From Azolla caroliniana (Eukaryota; Plantae; Polypodiophyta), in NCBI GenBank assembly GCA_043228905.1, contig JBHGNT010000014.1:14818001-14882000 (forward strand): a stretch of DNA of 64,000 bases, read 5' to 3'. The notes beneath the pieces are model-generated. The model was not told the origin of the DNA. It ran no database searches and saw only the letters and a program-made list of their open reading frames with translations. Of this stretch, positions 11,766-25,656 are shown piece by piece. The position numbers and the translations under genes were made by a program. The first letter of the stretch is position 1, and the number at the start of each line of letters is the position of its first letter.

Positions 11766-13081
11766 TGTGAAATGCACATAAAGAGATCAAAAGTAGCCTA
11801 CTTAGCTTCTTACTTCTTGCTCAATTTATAGTTGATACAAAGGTACCCATTTGGGTTGGCTTAGCTACATGTGTGCTAAAAAGGGTCTGCTAAAAGGGTG
11901 GCACAAAGGAACACATGCACACCACATTTCCCCCCTGAGAGAAACAATGACAACATGGGAAAGGACGGGGGTCAGAAGATGGGCCTAGGGTGGCATAGGG
12001 CATGATGCGGGCAACATGGGCGGAGGTGAATCAGCCGTTGGAATCACGTCGGAGCAAGTACGTAGTGGATTTGATGGCACGAACTACGGTGAACGGACCA
12101 ATCCATCAGTGCATGAGGGATTCGCTGAGACCGTGTCATTGGACTGGGAAGTAAACAAGGACTTTGGCTCCATTAGCATACGTTGGGGTAATTTGACCCA
12201 CGTCGTAGTGCCGCTTCTGGCGCTTTTGTGCGACTTGTCAGTTTCGAGAGCTAGCTTGTCCAAGGAGGGGGAGCATCTGTTGGAGATAGTGTCCCCAAGT
12301 GGCACTATCCATGTTGGTTGGAATGGACGATTCTGGTGGGAGGCGAGGGTCGTGCTCATAGAGTGCTCGAGAAGGGCTGATTTGTGCGACAATCTCCTGC
12401 TTGAAGGTCTTGTCAAGAGGCGTTCGGTGAGGCCATTTGTCTAAGGAAACACCTATTGGACACTTAGTTTAGCTGCAACGGTGTTTTGAGGACATCCTCA
12501 TGGAACTAGCGGCCCTGATCAGATAATAGTTGGGCGTGGCTAGTGACGGAAAACGAGCTAACAATTGGCAGATGGAGATCAATCTACTACTATCCGAGTC
12601 TAACACAATAGTGTGGGTGAAGTGATTGACGGTGGCAAGAGCTGTGAAGACCTGCGAAACGGAAGAGGCGGATGCTTGGACGTGGGGGACTGGCTCTTCC
12701 ATCAACACCCCAAAGGTCGGTTTCAAGAACTGATTTGAAGCATAGCATTGGAGAGGACTTGCAAGAGTTGTTCCATTTGGAAGTGGCGTGGCCGCTCATG
12801 AGGTTGTGGGAACTCGGGCTGCATAAGGGTATCGGCTTCAGAGGCAACAAGAGGGAGTTGGGACACCATGAATGAGGGGAGGGTTATCAGCTAAAATTTT
12901 ACCCCGCATCTCCACCAATATGTGAAATGCACATAAAGAGATCAAAACTACCCTACTTAGCTTTTTACTTCTTGCTCAATTTATAGTCGATACAAAGGTA
13001 ACCATTTGGGTTGGCTTAGCTACATGCGTGCTAAAAAGGGTGTGCTAAAAGGATGGCACAAAGGAACACATGCACACCACA
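11766..13081 (-). mobile_element. Small internally deleted Ty3/gypsy element (TRIM-sized), tRNA-Ala primed, 4-bp TSD
   Basis: 161-bp LTRs 11766-11926 and 12921-13081 (TG...CA); TSD TTAT; PBS TGGTGGAGATGCGGGGTA at 12917-12900; PPT AGGGGGGAAA next to the left LTR; minus-strand integrase remnants LSDQGR*F, P*TNGLTERL, QKRQKRHYD and GLSESLMH*WIGPFTV. Confidence 0.92.
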
Positions 13082-15908
13082 TTATGGAGCATTCTAAGTA
13101 TTGATAAAGTGGTAATTGTATGGCTGAAGTAATGAGACAATCCTTTGTAAATAAACATAAGGAAATTTTGAGCCTCGTAAACATTATAACTACTGATGAA
13201 GTAGTAATTGTCATGTCTCCTAGCATGAGAATACCTATAAAAGCACCTCCTTCGGTGATCATTTGGAAAAAGTAGTAAGTAACTAGGGTTAAAGTCAGAA
13301 GCCAAACCTTTTAAATAAACAAAATGAATGTGTACATCTATATTATAGAAGCATTGTAAGTACTGATTGGTTTTTTTCTAAGACTTAGATGAGGGTAAAA
13401 TTATATGCATGTATATAATTCAACCTAAAACAAGAATGTTAAATGGCATCCAATCATATGGGACCTCATTTGGTGTCTATGATCCTAGGCTCTAACATAT
13501 GGGACCTCATTTGTTGACCATGATCCTATCTCATCCGGAACTTAAAGCTTTGGTTTCTTTTGTATAACCCAAGTTCCTTTTCTATTCTTTTGTGTTTTTA
13601 GGTTGTTTTATGTTCATATCTATACTTCTATCATTTCACTACCACCAACGACCACTCCTATCCATTGCCCTCCACTATCAATTAGAGGCCTAATGCTTGT
13701 TCACAAGTGTATGACAAAACCATCACAACACCAATGTTGTTATCATGAGTTTTCTTCTTGGTTATTTTGTAAGTTCTATTATAGAGTTTGCACCTTTCTA
13801 AACTTATATTTGCTACAAATGACCATTCATGTGTCAAGACCTAATAAATTGCCAAGGATAAAGAGCTTGGGAAAGAAAATCCACCCCAGATTTGCCACAT
13901 CAACCAATGTTTCTCAAAAGTGTGAGCCATCAAAGTGGAAACAAAGCAAAACCAACAAAAAAATATTTGAGGTCATTCAGTTGTTCATAGTTATTAAGTA
14001 TGCAACAACATCAAAAGAATCATGATAACCCCAATTGTGCACACTTCTTCCTCTTCAAAGGAATGATAAAGAATATGGAGTTCAATAAATTGGTATCAAA
14101 GGGATGATCAATAATCAATGACAATAATAAACGAATACGAGGGAAATATTTATATTTAATTATATATAGCATGATAGTGTGGTGATAAAATGTTGTTTTT
14201 GTGTTAAAACTCTTCATGATTTTTTATTGATATGATGCACATTACTAGTTTGATCCTAATGAATGACTTTTAGCTTTGCCATTACTATGATTGCCACAAT
14301 GCTATGCATGAAAACAGTAGCATTGCCCTTTAAAGGTCTAATATTGCAAGTCAATGTAGATGAGAGGACATTGAAAGATTGTGACTCAATTCATATGCAT
14401 TCATTTGGAGTGTATGAATGATCTCACCAATGCATTATGGCCCATGGGTTATACCTTTATAAATTGCAGCTTTTCACGTAACTACCTAGGTAAGGTTTGG
14501 CTACTTTGTAGTGATGATTTAAATTTATTTGGTTATTATTATAACTATGCACACTAAATAGTGGTGCTAATGAGTATTTAGGCCCCACAATAAGTATTGG
14601 ATATCAAAACTTCTAATATCAAAGGGAATAAAAAATTGGTAAGTTTAGGATTCATTAAGATACTCTAATAGAATAGTTAAGGATATTCTCTTCTCCACAT
14701 GCTCCATAAGAGTAACCACATGTTTAGTTATTCTTCTTAATTTGTAGGAGTCAATGCCAAATGGAGCTCATTCACATGTTAGCAATTTAGAGAGACATCT
14801 TCTTTTCTCTCTGAAATTAAGTTAATGTCAATATTTCAACAATCTTAGGCTGGGAGCATCAATGTCATCTTGACATGCTTCAATGAATATGAACCAAGAT
14901 CAACTCATTATCAGTCTAGGGGACGACGAGTCTCTATGTGTGGGTGTGTTGCATTTTATTTAATATTATCTTGAATAATGGAAGTTTTTAAGTTCATACA
15001 CCGCCAAAAATTATGTTAAGTACAACTTTGTGTAGGTTATGTGAATTTATAACAAATACACCTACGCAATCACTTTAGTTTAAAGCTTATCCTTTGAATC
15101 ATGGCCATTTCCAAAGATGGTTGATTTACTGCAATATCCTAGACTATGGATATCAGTATGTTTGACCTCCTTTTCGTCCATTGATTAAGCAAGTAGTGAC
15201 CCAAATCCTAGGCAATCTTTAAATTGTCATACAATGTGTTTAATGTTGCATTCATGATCAAATCTCCTTACCAAATTAGTTTGCGATAATGCACACAAGT
15301 AGTTTGTTCCTTCTAAATTTTGACTATTTCAACGTTGACATTGTGGGTTTCATTGTGAAATGGCTTGACACCATGGACATTGTTATGTTTCCCACCGAAC
15401 AAGGGTGAGGATGAAAAGATACAGATAATAAGTCAATTTGAGGGCACACTACTATACAAGTAAAAATGTGATGCCAAAGGAAAGGCTTTTATGACAATGA
15501 CATCAATTGGTGTATCCCCAAAACTCTCAAGCAGAGGCAATATACAACATGTTGAAACGCAATTGGTTATAAGAGTTAAAAGACATGTGGTGCAATTGCG
15601 AGTGGAGAGCTAATGTTGTTGGGAAAACTATACGGATTACCTAAAAGGCGGGTGCTAATAAATTGGCTAAAGCAAGCTGGGCAAGGCATAGTAGACATTG
15701 AAATTGTTTGCGCGCAATACCGAAATCGAATGGAGCAAAAAGGTGGAGTTCTTTTCTTTTCTTTTCTATCTGGTTGACAGTTAAAATGTCAAGGTCGATA
15801 TCTACGTGGTATTGGTGATTGGGGGGAATAGGGGGACATTGGCCCATGGTTACTAGTAGAATTCCTACAATCGTATTGAAAAGGTGACAAGGTGTTGACA
15901 CGCGCAAA

Positions 15909-15942
<34 letters not shown>

Positions 15943-15989
15943 GATTGACGACATGGACACAATTGACATACCAAAAAGGAAGCAACAAA

Positions 15990-16450
15990 AATGTCTTTGT
16001 GGTAGGAGTCCTACTATTACTAGTGACTACTACTACTACTACATGACAATTGGGTCCTAAAAGGACTAATGAATTCTCAAATCATTTGCACTTCCAAACC
16101 AAAAAGGAGGCAACAAATTTCTTTGTGGTAGGAGCCCCACTATTACTAGTGACTACTACTACTACTACTACTATTACTACATGATAATTGGGTCCTAAAA
16201 AACTCATGAATTCTCAAATCATTTGAATTTTGCACTTCCAAGTTCCTAACAACAAAACAAAACACAAAAAGAGAAAAAGGGGGAAGAATCACAAGAAGAA
16301 GGGGAAAAAAGTAAAGTAAAGAAAAGCCTAATGTATGTACAGGGTTGGTCTTGCAGATGACCTTTGTGATAGGACTACTACTACTATTACAATTACACGG
16401 CAATTGGATCATAAAAACTCATAAATTCTCAAATCATTTTTGCACTTCAA
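15990..16450. repeat. Three degenerate ~120-bp repeats with (CTA)n cores upstream of the Sec14 gene
   Basis: ctttgtg..agga...ctactact...aattgg...aattctcaaatcattt recurs near 15994, 16121 and 16362. Confidence 0.8.
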
Positions 16451-16777
16451 CAGCAATAGACAAAAGAGAGGGAGAAAGGGAACCTATGTATGTGCAAACA
16501 AATGCAGGATTGGGTCTTTTCTATCTTCCAGATTACCTCAATCCCATTAAAGCTTTTGCCTAACACCATGGCTACTTTCAACCAACCCCATTCATTCATG
16601 CCAATTATTGGCATCGATCATCTGGTGCAGAAAACACCCAAATATAAAGAAAACCCAATAATTGGAAGGCCTCTCCTTGCACCATATTTGCCCCTGTTCC
16701 TAGATCTTAGTTTAACCTAAGTTAACCCTCCTGCAGTGTAATCTAGCTCAGAGCATACGTCCGCCCGCCCCCCGGAC

Positions 16778-18358
16778 ATGGCTCGAACGCTGCAGATCAC
16801 CGGAGAAGAAGAAGAAGAAGAAGCTCGATGCATCCAATTGCTTCGTTCTTGTCTCCAATCTAGCGTTAGCGAAGAAGAAGCATCGGTCAGGCTCCTTTTA
16901 ATTGCATTATCCTTTCTTTTTACAGTTTTGAGTGTTGGATGCTGTAGGGTGTGCTATCATGTCAATGTAAACATTCATGGGTAGGGTGTATGCCTTCATG
17001 GATTCATGTATCACATGCATGTCATTTCATCATTCCCATCATCTATGCACTGGAATTGCTACATTCCATCGAACTGTATCATGTATGCCACCATGCAATC
17101 GCAACACTGTATCATGTATGCTGCCATTTTATGACCATGTATGGTGTTGTTGCATCATCCTATAATGTATGTATGACATGATTGCTTCATTCCATCATAT
17201 GTAGTATGTACCATGTTTTGCCATCATGGCTTCATCCAATCCTGTATTATGTTGTCTATATTGTTGCATTCTTCTGTCATTATTTTGTATCAGGGATGCC
17301 ACCATATTGCTTCATTCTAGCAGGTATACCACTTAAATGTGATGATGGATTCATTCAATCTATGTACCATGTGGATATTATTGCATCAATCTATGCTTCA
17401 CCTATCATGAAGTTAGCAATCCCTCAGGAAATCTCTGTTTGATTGTCTGCAACTTAGAGACATCACAATGCAAATTTACGCTCTTTACTTTGAGTGCTTC
17501 TAAGCTCTTTAGTGTCTGATCGACACTTGTATACTTCTCTTTATTCTTTGTGGGTTTTCACCTCACTTTGAGGTTTCCCACTAGTAATAAAAGTGTTACT
17601 AAACATAAAATTCTATCATGTGGCATCATGGATATGATAGGATGGATTCCTCGCATTGCATCATTTCCATTAGATTCATGCAAATGCCACGAGTGGCTTC
17701 CTTCTATCATGTGTATCATCGCATCATTCTTGCATGTGTAGATCATGTATGTCACAATTGCCTCATTCTATCTGTTAAATTGCTTCTTTTTATCTCTTCG
17801 GATCATATGTTTGCTAAGACGGATTTCATTTCGAATCATTTCATTTGTACCAACCATATTGTCATTGATTTGTTTGATTCCAGGCTGTTGATGATGCAAT
17901 GCTGCGGCGATTCCTTCGGGCCCGATCGTTCAACATTGACAAAGCTCACAAATTCTTACTCCAGCATCTGAAATGGAGGCGTGAATTCGTGCCAAATGGA
18001 TCCATCGATCCATCGGATGTGCAGAATGAGGTGAAGAAGGAGAAGTTATGCATCCAAGGGTTTGATAAGGCAGGGCGTCCCGTCGGTGTGATCCTTGCCA
18101 ATAGACATCATGCCTACAATCGAGACCTAGAGGAGCTCAAACGTATGAATTGACACGCGTTTAGCGTTAGCTTTACTGCAAGGAAATTATATATACACAT
18201 TTAAGCACACTCTCAATACTGTACTTATTTGTTTAGTGGACTTAGAAGAGAATATGAAACATATGTAACTTTGATGAGTTTGGTGATGGTGCATATTTTC
18301 AGGTTTTGCTGTATATGGATTTGACAAAGGTTTGGCAAGGTAGATAGATTTGTATATA

Positions 18359-18395
<37 letters not shown>

Positions 18396-19580
18396 TAAAT
18401 ACATTCATTCATATATATGTACATGCACACATCTATATGATATATGTATACATATTGGCGTTATATCTGCATATATACAACAGATACATGCATACAAATG
18501 CACATAGATGCTTTCTACATTTTTTATCAAATAAAATGAGATTTTGATTTAACCCTTTAACAATCCAATTTGTTGTGTTTAACGAGGTAATAATGATTTC
18601 TTTTCTTTTTTTTGGGTGGGGGGGGGGGGATTGGGGAATGCCACAGCCTGACTGGAGAGCATGAGAAATTTGTGATCATAGCAGATTTGCAAGGTTGGTC
18701 CTACAAGAACTTGGATCTAAAAGGATATCTTTCTCTCCTTGAAATACTACAGGTACATTATACATACATACATTATGCATACACACATACATTACATATA
18801 TTCATACATGCATGCATATATACACCTACATTAAATGCATACATATTATTGTGATCAAATCATGAATGAAATACAAAATTAAGTAAATACATAAATCCCT
18901 TCTTAGTTTTCTAATTGTTGGTTGTTTTCCAAAACGTTCTGACATTTTTTGCGACAATTTTCCTAGGATCACTATCCCGAAAGGCTTGCCAAATACTTCA
19001 TGGTACATGTTCCTTACTTGTTTTGGGGAATTTGGAAGATAATATACCCATTCATCGATCCAGTTGTAAAAGAGAAGGTGAATGATTCTTCATATCATGA
19101 TGTTTTGCGGATATATAACCTTTTTTTAAATGCTTCTGTATATATAGGTAGGTAGGTAGATAGATAGATAGATAGATAGCGAGGGAGGGAGGGAGGGAAG
19201 GAAATTGTTTATTGATAATGAATTTATTCCGAAAGGCTTGCCAAATACTTCATGGTACATGTTACTTACTTGTTCTGGGGAATTTGGAAGATAGTATACC
19301 CCTTCATTGATCCAGTTGTAAAAGAGAAGGTGAATGATTCTTCACATCATGATGTTTTGCGGATATATGGCCTTTTTTTCAATGCTTATGTATACATAGA
19401 TAGGTAGGTAGGTAGAGAGAAAGGCTGGGAAATTGCTTATTGATAATGAAATTTATCCGTTTTTCGCAGTTTATCTTTGTTGAAGATAAACATTTGACCA
19501 CCACTTTATTGAAAGAAATCGACATTTCACAACTTCCTGATATATATGGAGGAGAGATGCCACTCAAACCTGTAAAATGA
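16778..19580 (+). CDS. Sec14/CRAL-TRIO phosphatidylinositol-transfer family protein (6 exons)
   Basis: Exons 16778-16885, 17884-18142, 18303-18339, 18647-18752, 18967-19077, 19470-19580; GT-AG introns with consistent phases. Motifs DDAMLRRFLRAR, QGFDKAGRP, IADLQGW, LQDHYPERL, WKIIYPFID, LPDIYGG. Confidence 0.95.
19225..19329 (+). pseudogene. Duplicated copy of Sec14 exon 5 inside intron 5 (pseudoexon)
   Basis: Copy of about 18973-19077 plus the downstream intron; retains the GT donor but lacks the original cctag acceptor. Confidence 0.9.
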
Positions 19581-21342
19581 GCATCAATCTTTCCATCTAA
19601 CTATATATATATAATGTCGAAGGCTTATTAAACACTTGGATCCAAGTATTTCGCATTAAAGTTGTTGCATTCACTTAGATGAATGTAAATATATTTAGAG
19701 TAATGCCATCCAAAGGTTTATGTGTTGCTTCGTACCTCGAGTCATATCCTAGTGAAAAAATGAGGCTATGTAATTCCATCCAATGAAGCACACAATGTAA
19801 CTGATGTTTGGTGCTCAAATTTTCTTTCTAAATTGGAATAATAAAATGTGATAGCATTTTTGCATACATGTAAAAATAGGACCTTCGATTGATCCTATTG
19901 ATGTTCATTGGTCAATGGTGTCCATCCACTAGTTACACAGATAAAAAGCCCCATGTTTGTAATTTTTCTTGGACAAGTATTGAATCTTAAGAAGAAAAGG
20001 CTTATCATAGACCAAGGGATTTATTTTACATTTTAGTTTTAGGAAATTTACTAATCACAATTAATAAGATTATGTATATAGCCAACGTAGTATATGAAAA
20101 TCTACTTATATGTCTACCAATGTCCATTCGCATTGAGTTTCTCTATCTAGTTTTGCCAATATATGATATACGTCTTTGTTTAGGAATGTGGAATGATTGA
20201 AAAGCTTGAAACTAAATAAGCTCAAATGGCAAGGGAATCACGTGTCAATGTCAACTAAAATAGGTGAAGTTTCAATGGGTTGTTTTCCATATACAGATAT
20301 AAACGAATAGGTGATAGATTGTAAACCATATACATACAGATATAAACGAATGGGTGAAGTAGTCCTACATTATTGACATCTAGAAGAATTGTACAATGTT
20401 AGCAAAAGCACATGGTGAAACTTCGTTTGTGTTGTCCTACATGTATCACCTTGATAAGAACACATTTGACATGCATACTTTTACATTGCAAACTCTCCAT
20501 TTTATACCAAACACATGATACAACCTTAGGAAAGGTGAGATCGTAGCTCTACTTCAAATAGATTAAGCATTGTTACCCTTAAATCTCTAATTTAACACCA
20601 CTTATAGAATTACACAATTTGGTATAAGTATGCAAAGAAGAACGTATTTGAAAATCCATGTATCTCAAGATACACCACTTCAAGGTGCTTGTCCTATAGT
20701 CAAAGTAAGAGTATATGCATTTGTGGGCATAATACAAAGGCCCATCAAATTAGGGTGCTAACCACAAGTTCACTCTCAAGAACATTTAGTTGATTGCAAC
20801 AATGACGAATACATATTTGAACCGTGAGAAGGATTTGGTTCACAAGTTGTGTGAAATAAGCTTGTGAAACAAGTGTGGCAACAAATTTCAGATGCATGAT
20901 ATGCTTCAACCATATTGGCTCTACCAACAATTCTCAACAATGAAAAAAGAACCATTAGATCATTGATCTACATACTTGTGGTGACATTAAAGGGCAATGT
21001 AGCAACACTTAACCAATCTCTTCTTTAGGTTCACATATGCCTTTTTTGGGTAGAAGACAATAAGCATTGTTGTTAAGTGACACCCACCCTATACAAATAA
21101 AATAAGAACACGGTGTTACCAAAACACATAGGCATTGGTACTATGTGACTAGAGCATCGGTAAACCCCTACCTTTTGACCTTCTAATGTATTGTGTGTGT
21201 CACCAATTGAACTCACAATTTAAGTGTCTACAAAGCGACATGGTACGAAGTAAAATCAAATAAGCTACTATCATGGTGATGACGAAAATAGAACACCCAT
21301 TTAGCAACACCCTACGATGGATTGGGGATCATAGATTGCAAT

Positions 21343-21763
21343 TAACAATCGGCAATGGTTCGGTTTGAACTGAACCAAACCACGAAATCGTGATTTAACG
21401 GTTTAAACAGTTTGATTCGAGTTTTGTTAAATGGTTCAATTCGGTTTGGTTTGATGGTTTAGGGTTGCCAGATGATTTTTAAAAAATATTCTTTTACACG
21501 ATCTTTAAATTTTTGAAAATGTAAATTTTGAAATAATGAAAAAGTTTAAAATTTCAAAATTGAAATTTAAAATTTTGAATTTTGACCTAACTTGAAAACC
21601 GAAACCGAACCACAAAATCGTGGTTTTAACATTGTGATTTTTTTGTAACGGTTCGGTTTTAACAGTTTTGGTTTAAATGGTTTCGTGGTTGGGTTCAGTT
21701 TGGTTCGTTTCAAAAATTTTAAACGGTTGGGTTTTGACACTCTCGAACCATTGCCGATTGTTA
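21343..21763. mobile_element. hAT-type MITE
   Basis: TIR TAACAATCGGCAATGGTTCG / CGAACCATTGCCGATTGTTA; 8-bp TSD attgcaat/atcgcaat; subterminal AACCG/CGGTT repeats. Confidence 0.88.
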
Positions 21764-21807
21764 ATCGCAATTAGTCTCCCGTGGACATTAAAAAGATGGT
21801 CTATCCA

Positions 21808-21840
<33 letters not shown>

Positions 21841-21925
21841 ATGTGTCCATCCATTCATCTATCTAACTATGTGCCTATCCATCTGTCCATCTATGTGTCC
21901 ATCTATCTATCTATCTATCTATCTA
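21808..21925. repeat. (CT)n/(ATCT)n compound microsatellite
   Basis: Direct reading of the sequence. Confidence 0.9.
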
Positions 21926-22441
21926 AGTGCGAAATGAAACTTTCGGGTGGAGTGGAGTTGGGCAACGAAAATTCCCACGGAGGGATACCGAGTTTCATAT
22001 TCGGAAAGCCCAATGGGAGGAGTCACATGGGGAACCAAACATTTGTGGACTTTGATTGCTCTTCTCTTCTCTCCCCTCCACTTCCCTTTCTCCTTCCCCT
22101 TCTTCTACCTCCCAAGTGTGAGGTTCATAGTCACTCACTCACTCACTCACTCACTCATGCTTCTTTTTGCATGAAGGTAAAATTACTAAGAAAGGAAAGC
22201 AGAAAAAACCCACTCTCCCATTCATAAAAAATGAAGGCAGGAAACAGAGCATCTCCTCCATCTCCACTTCTCACATAACTAGGCACCATATCTGAGATTT
22301 AGGTTTAAATAACCCTCCTCCACCTCTCACATAGCTAGGCACCATATCTGAGATTTAGGTTTAAAAAACAGGAGAAATTCATCATAAAAAACCCGAAAGA
22401 CAATACAAACAAAACAAGCAAGAAATTTTTCGATCGGATCG

Positions 22442-22735
22442 ATGATGAATATATCGAGCACGGCTGCGTACAATTCAGGTGCATGCTGGCTAGTGGGTGG
22501 TGCCAATCTGTTCTCCTCATGCTTGGCATGTGGGGGCGGAGGCATTGCGGATGAGCGGCCTTACCACCGCCATTGCAGCTGCTCTCTGCATGAAGCCGCC
22601 GCCCCCGATGGCGCTGAAGCTCTTGTCCATCACTTGTCATCGGGTGGAGGCACATCCTCGCACCTCCGCTTTCCGCACAATTCCATTCATTGCCATGGCA
22701 CCCCCAAAGAACAAGATAATGATGATGATGATGGC

Positions 22736-22814
<79 letters not shown>

Positions 22815-23500
22815 GTGCGGATTGCGGCTCGATCCGTGAGCTCGAGCGCACCGCCATGGATCCATCCCATGGTATTATGGATGGATATGTCATCAACAAG
22901 AAGGGTCTCCATTCCCAGAAGAAGAACACTTTCTGCGGCCCTAGTACCATGGCCAGAAGAAGGGCTTTGAGCTTCAATGACCTCGGCAGCGCGCTTAAGA
23001 ATAGAAAAATTATTAGCTCGATGGCTCCGAGGAGCCGCCGCCGCAATCATGGAAGGTTCAATGTCCACCATGGCCATAACCATATCAATGTGACCACTTC
23101 TCACCACACAAGCGGTGATGGTGGTATGCTGCTGAGCCCCATCAAATTTGCACAGAAATCTGTTAGCCTTTGTGATCTCTCAGATCTTTTGTCTTTCAAG
23201 GGAAGAGAAGAAGAACATGAGTATGGATGGTATGCAAACACTGTGACAGAGGTTGTGCATGATAATGGTGGTCTACATGATGACGATGATGGTGATAGTG
23301 ATGATGGTATGTCAATGCAACAGACCATGATGGGCAAGCTGGAGCAGTATGAACACATGAGAGGAACCAGCTATGGCCATGTGAAAAGAAGCATCAGTAT
23401 CTCAGATCTCTTCCCTTTGCAAAGGTGGGATGACCATGGACCTCCTCCTCCTGGCCTCCACCAGGACAATTGTATCCCGGACAAAAATCCGCGTCCATGA
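22442..23500 (+). CDS. Intronless 352-aa orphan protein with poly-Asp tract and three R/K-x-x-S-x-x-D-L motifs
   Basis: ATG-initiated 1059-nt open frame, GC-richer than its flanks; open for about 230 codons beyond the (GAT)n run; motifs RALSFNDL, KSVSLCDL, RSISISDL; no recognisable domain. Confidence 0.6.
22715..22813 (+). repeat. (GAT)n trinucleotide repeat encoding poly-Asp
   Basis: 26 uninterrupted GAT units at 22736-22813 plus a short upstream run. Confidence 0.95.
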
Positions 23501-23745
23501 CCGGACGATTCTTCAATCTGGGGTGGGGGCCTAAAAAGGATTCTTGTGTCTAGGGCTTAAACGGATTGTTGTGCTTGGGGACCTAGAAGGCTAAAGGGTG
23601 TCCCCTGGACAATCCACACGCTGATGACAGATGATTTCTAGCGCTCAAATGTCTCGGGGTGTCCAAGGGATTTTTCAAGAACCTTGTTAAGAGAGTTTGT
23701 TTAGGGTTAATTGTGTGTGTGTGTTTGTAAGCTTGTCAATAGATA

Positions 23746-24085
23746 CATAATACTCTCGATGTTCTTCTAGATACATAAAATCAAGATATTAGTATTATGG
23801 ACATTTGTTCAACAATTGATTGGCCTTCGGGATTTCCTTTTGGACAAAGAATCCAAATCATCACATACATATGCTCTCTATGCTCTTCTAGATACATATA
23901 AAATCAAGATATTACTATGGACGTTTGTTCCACAATTAGTTGGCCTCCAATGTTTTTGTTGGACAAAGAATCCAAATTATTGGATACACATACTCTATAT
24001 GTTCTTCTAGATACATATAAAATGAAGATATTGCCATGGATGTTTGTTCGACAGTTATTTGGCCTCTGGCGTTTCCTTTGGACAT
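23746..24085. repeat. Three tandem ~120-bp repeats
   Basis: tactct..atg.tcttctagatacat...caagatatt...atgga..tttgttc...ttggaca recurs three times. Confidence 0.85.
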
Positions 24086-25239
24086 CAAATTATTGGTCAA
24101 TGTTCATATCTCCTCCTCGCTCTATTCGTTCTTTTCAATACTTGCCTATCACATGGTTGAAGTTGCATGCAAAATCCCTTCATAATTATCTTGCATTCAT
24201 GATGTTTTATATCTACTTCTACATCAATCAAAATTGCATGTACCATATTCTTTGAAGGATCTAGCATTCTTGATGTTCAATATGTACTTCACATTCTCTA
24301 TGTTTGATATCTACTTCTTATTATATGTCCATGCAAACCCTTTATAAAGGATCCAACATTCTTTGCTTGTTCACATGGAAATTGTTGTGAGTTCCATATA
24401 GAATTAGACTCATGCAATTCTTCCCTCAATGAGGATATTCATTATGATCAACTAGCTCAACACAAGTGAGAAATGTCCTTACATCTTGAGCCACAACTTA
24501 AGCTTTGGAGCAAGTAAGACTTGCCATAAGGAGAAGGGTATTTACTATTTAACTCCATTGATAGCTCTTGCTTGGTCAATGGATTCATTTGCCCAATCTG
24601 TCTTGAATTTGATATCCAATTTATGAGTCGCTTGCCCCATTCATGATGTGCATAAGGGATCCAATTGATGGTTACATAGCCCAACTTCACGTTTGCTTAT
24701 TGCTTCAAATGTGGATACTAATCTACCCCATCACCATATCTCTTTATGTTCTCTTCATGGCAACTCTAAAAATGAGTTATTTGATATGAAATTTGAGCTC
24801 TATATTGCAAATAGTGGAAAGAAACATAACATGTAGAAACCAAGGTAAACAAAAGTAGGCAACAAACGACAACATATGGACAAGACAAATCATTCTAAAG
24901 GAGCGAAAACTTCCCTTGTTCAGCTCAATTATATTTTCTCATAGTTATAGATTCGTGGACAATTTAAACAAATAGGTGTGATCTTGTTGGAGATGGCTTG
25001 GATGTTGTTACTCCTTGAAAATTCTTCACGATTGATGAATACTCCAAAATAAAACATCGAGATGCCTTGTACAATTACGATTGTATCATGGGACTATGGG
25101 TTTGTGTGTTGTAGAATCATTGGTGTGAACGAAATTATGGATAGTCATGAGGGTTCCCTTGTCCAAGAGTCTTACATGGTTGAAAGGATCACATGCCAGG
25201 GAAGCACAAGCTCCTTTTGATCGGTAGGAACCTACATAT

Positions 25240-25640
25240 GTGTTTTTCAACGGACGCGCATTGGAATGCAAAAAAATATATGATAAAAAACTTACGGGTA
25301 TATTCATTTTCAATGCATGCCTATTGAAATCCAATAGAATGTATGATAAAAAACTTATGGGTATATGCATTTTCAATGCATGCCCATTGAAATCCAACAG
25401 AATGTATGATAGAAACTTATGTGTATTGCGTTCAATGCGTGCCCATTGAAATCCAACATAATGCATGATAAAAATTGATGTGCATATTCCATTGAAATGC
25501 GCGTCCATTGAAATGCAACAGAAACTTACATGTATTGTATTTTTTATGCACACCCAATGAAACGCAACTGAATGTACGATAAATATAAAACTGACATGTG
25601 AGTGCCCATTGAAATGCCAACAGAATGTATCATAAGAACC
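25240..25640. repeat. ~60-bp minisatellite (gcccattgaaat core)
   Basis: About 7 degenerate units of tgcccattgaaatccaa...atgtatgataaaaa. Confidence 0.85.
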
Positions 25641-25656
25641 TACACACACGATCATC

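Noticed and set aside
22335-23107. Overlapping poly-His, poly-Met, poly-Ile and poly-Ser ORFs
   Set aside because: Alternative-frame readings of the (GAT)n repeat; only the poly-Asp frame stays open far beyond it.
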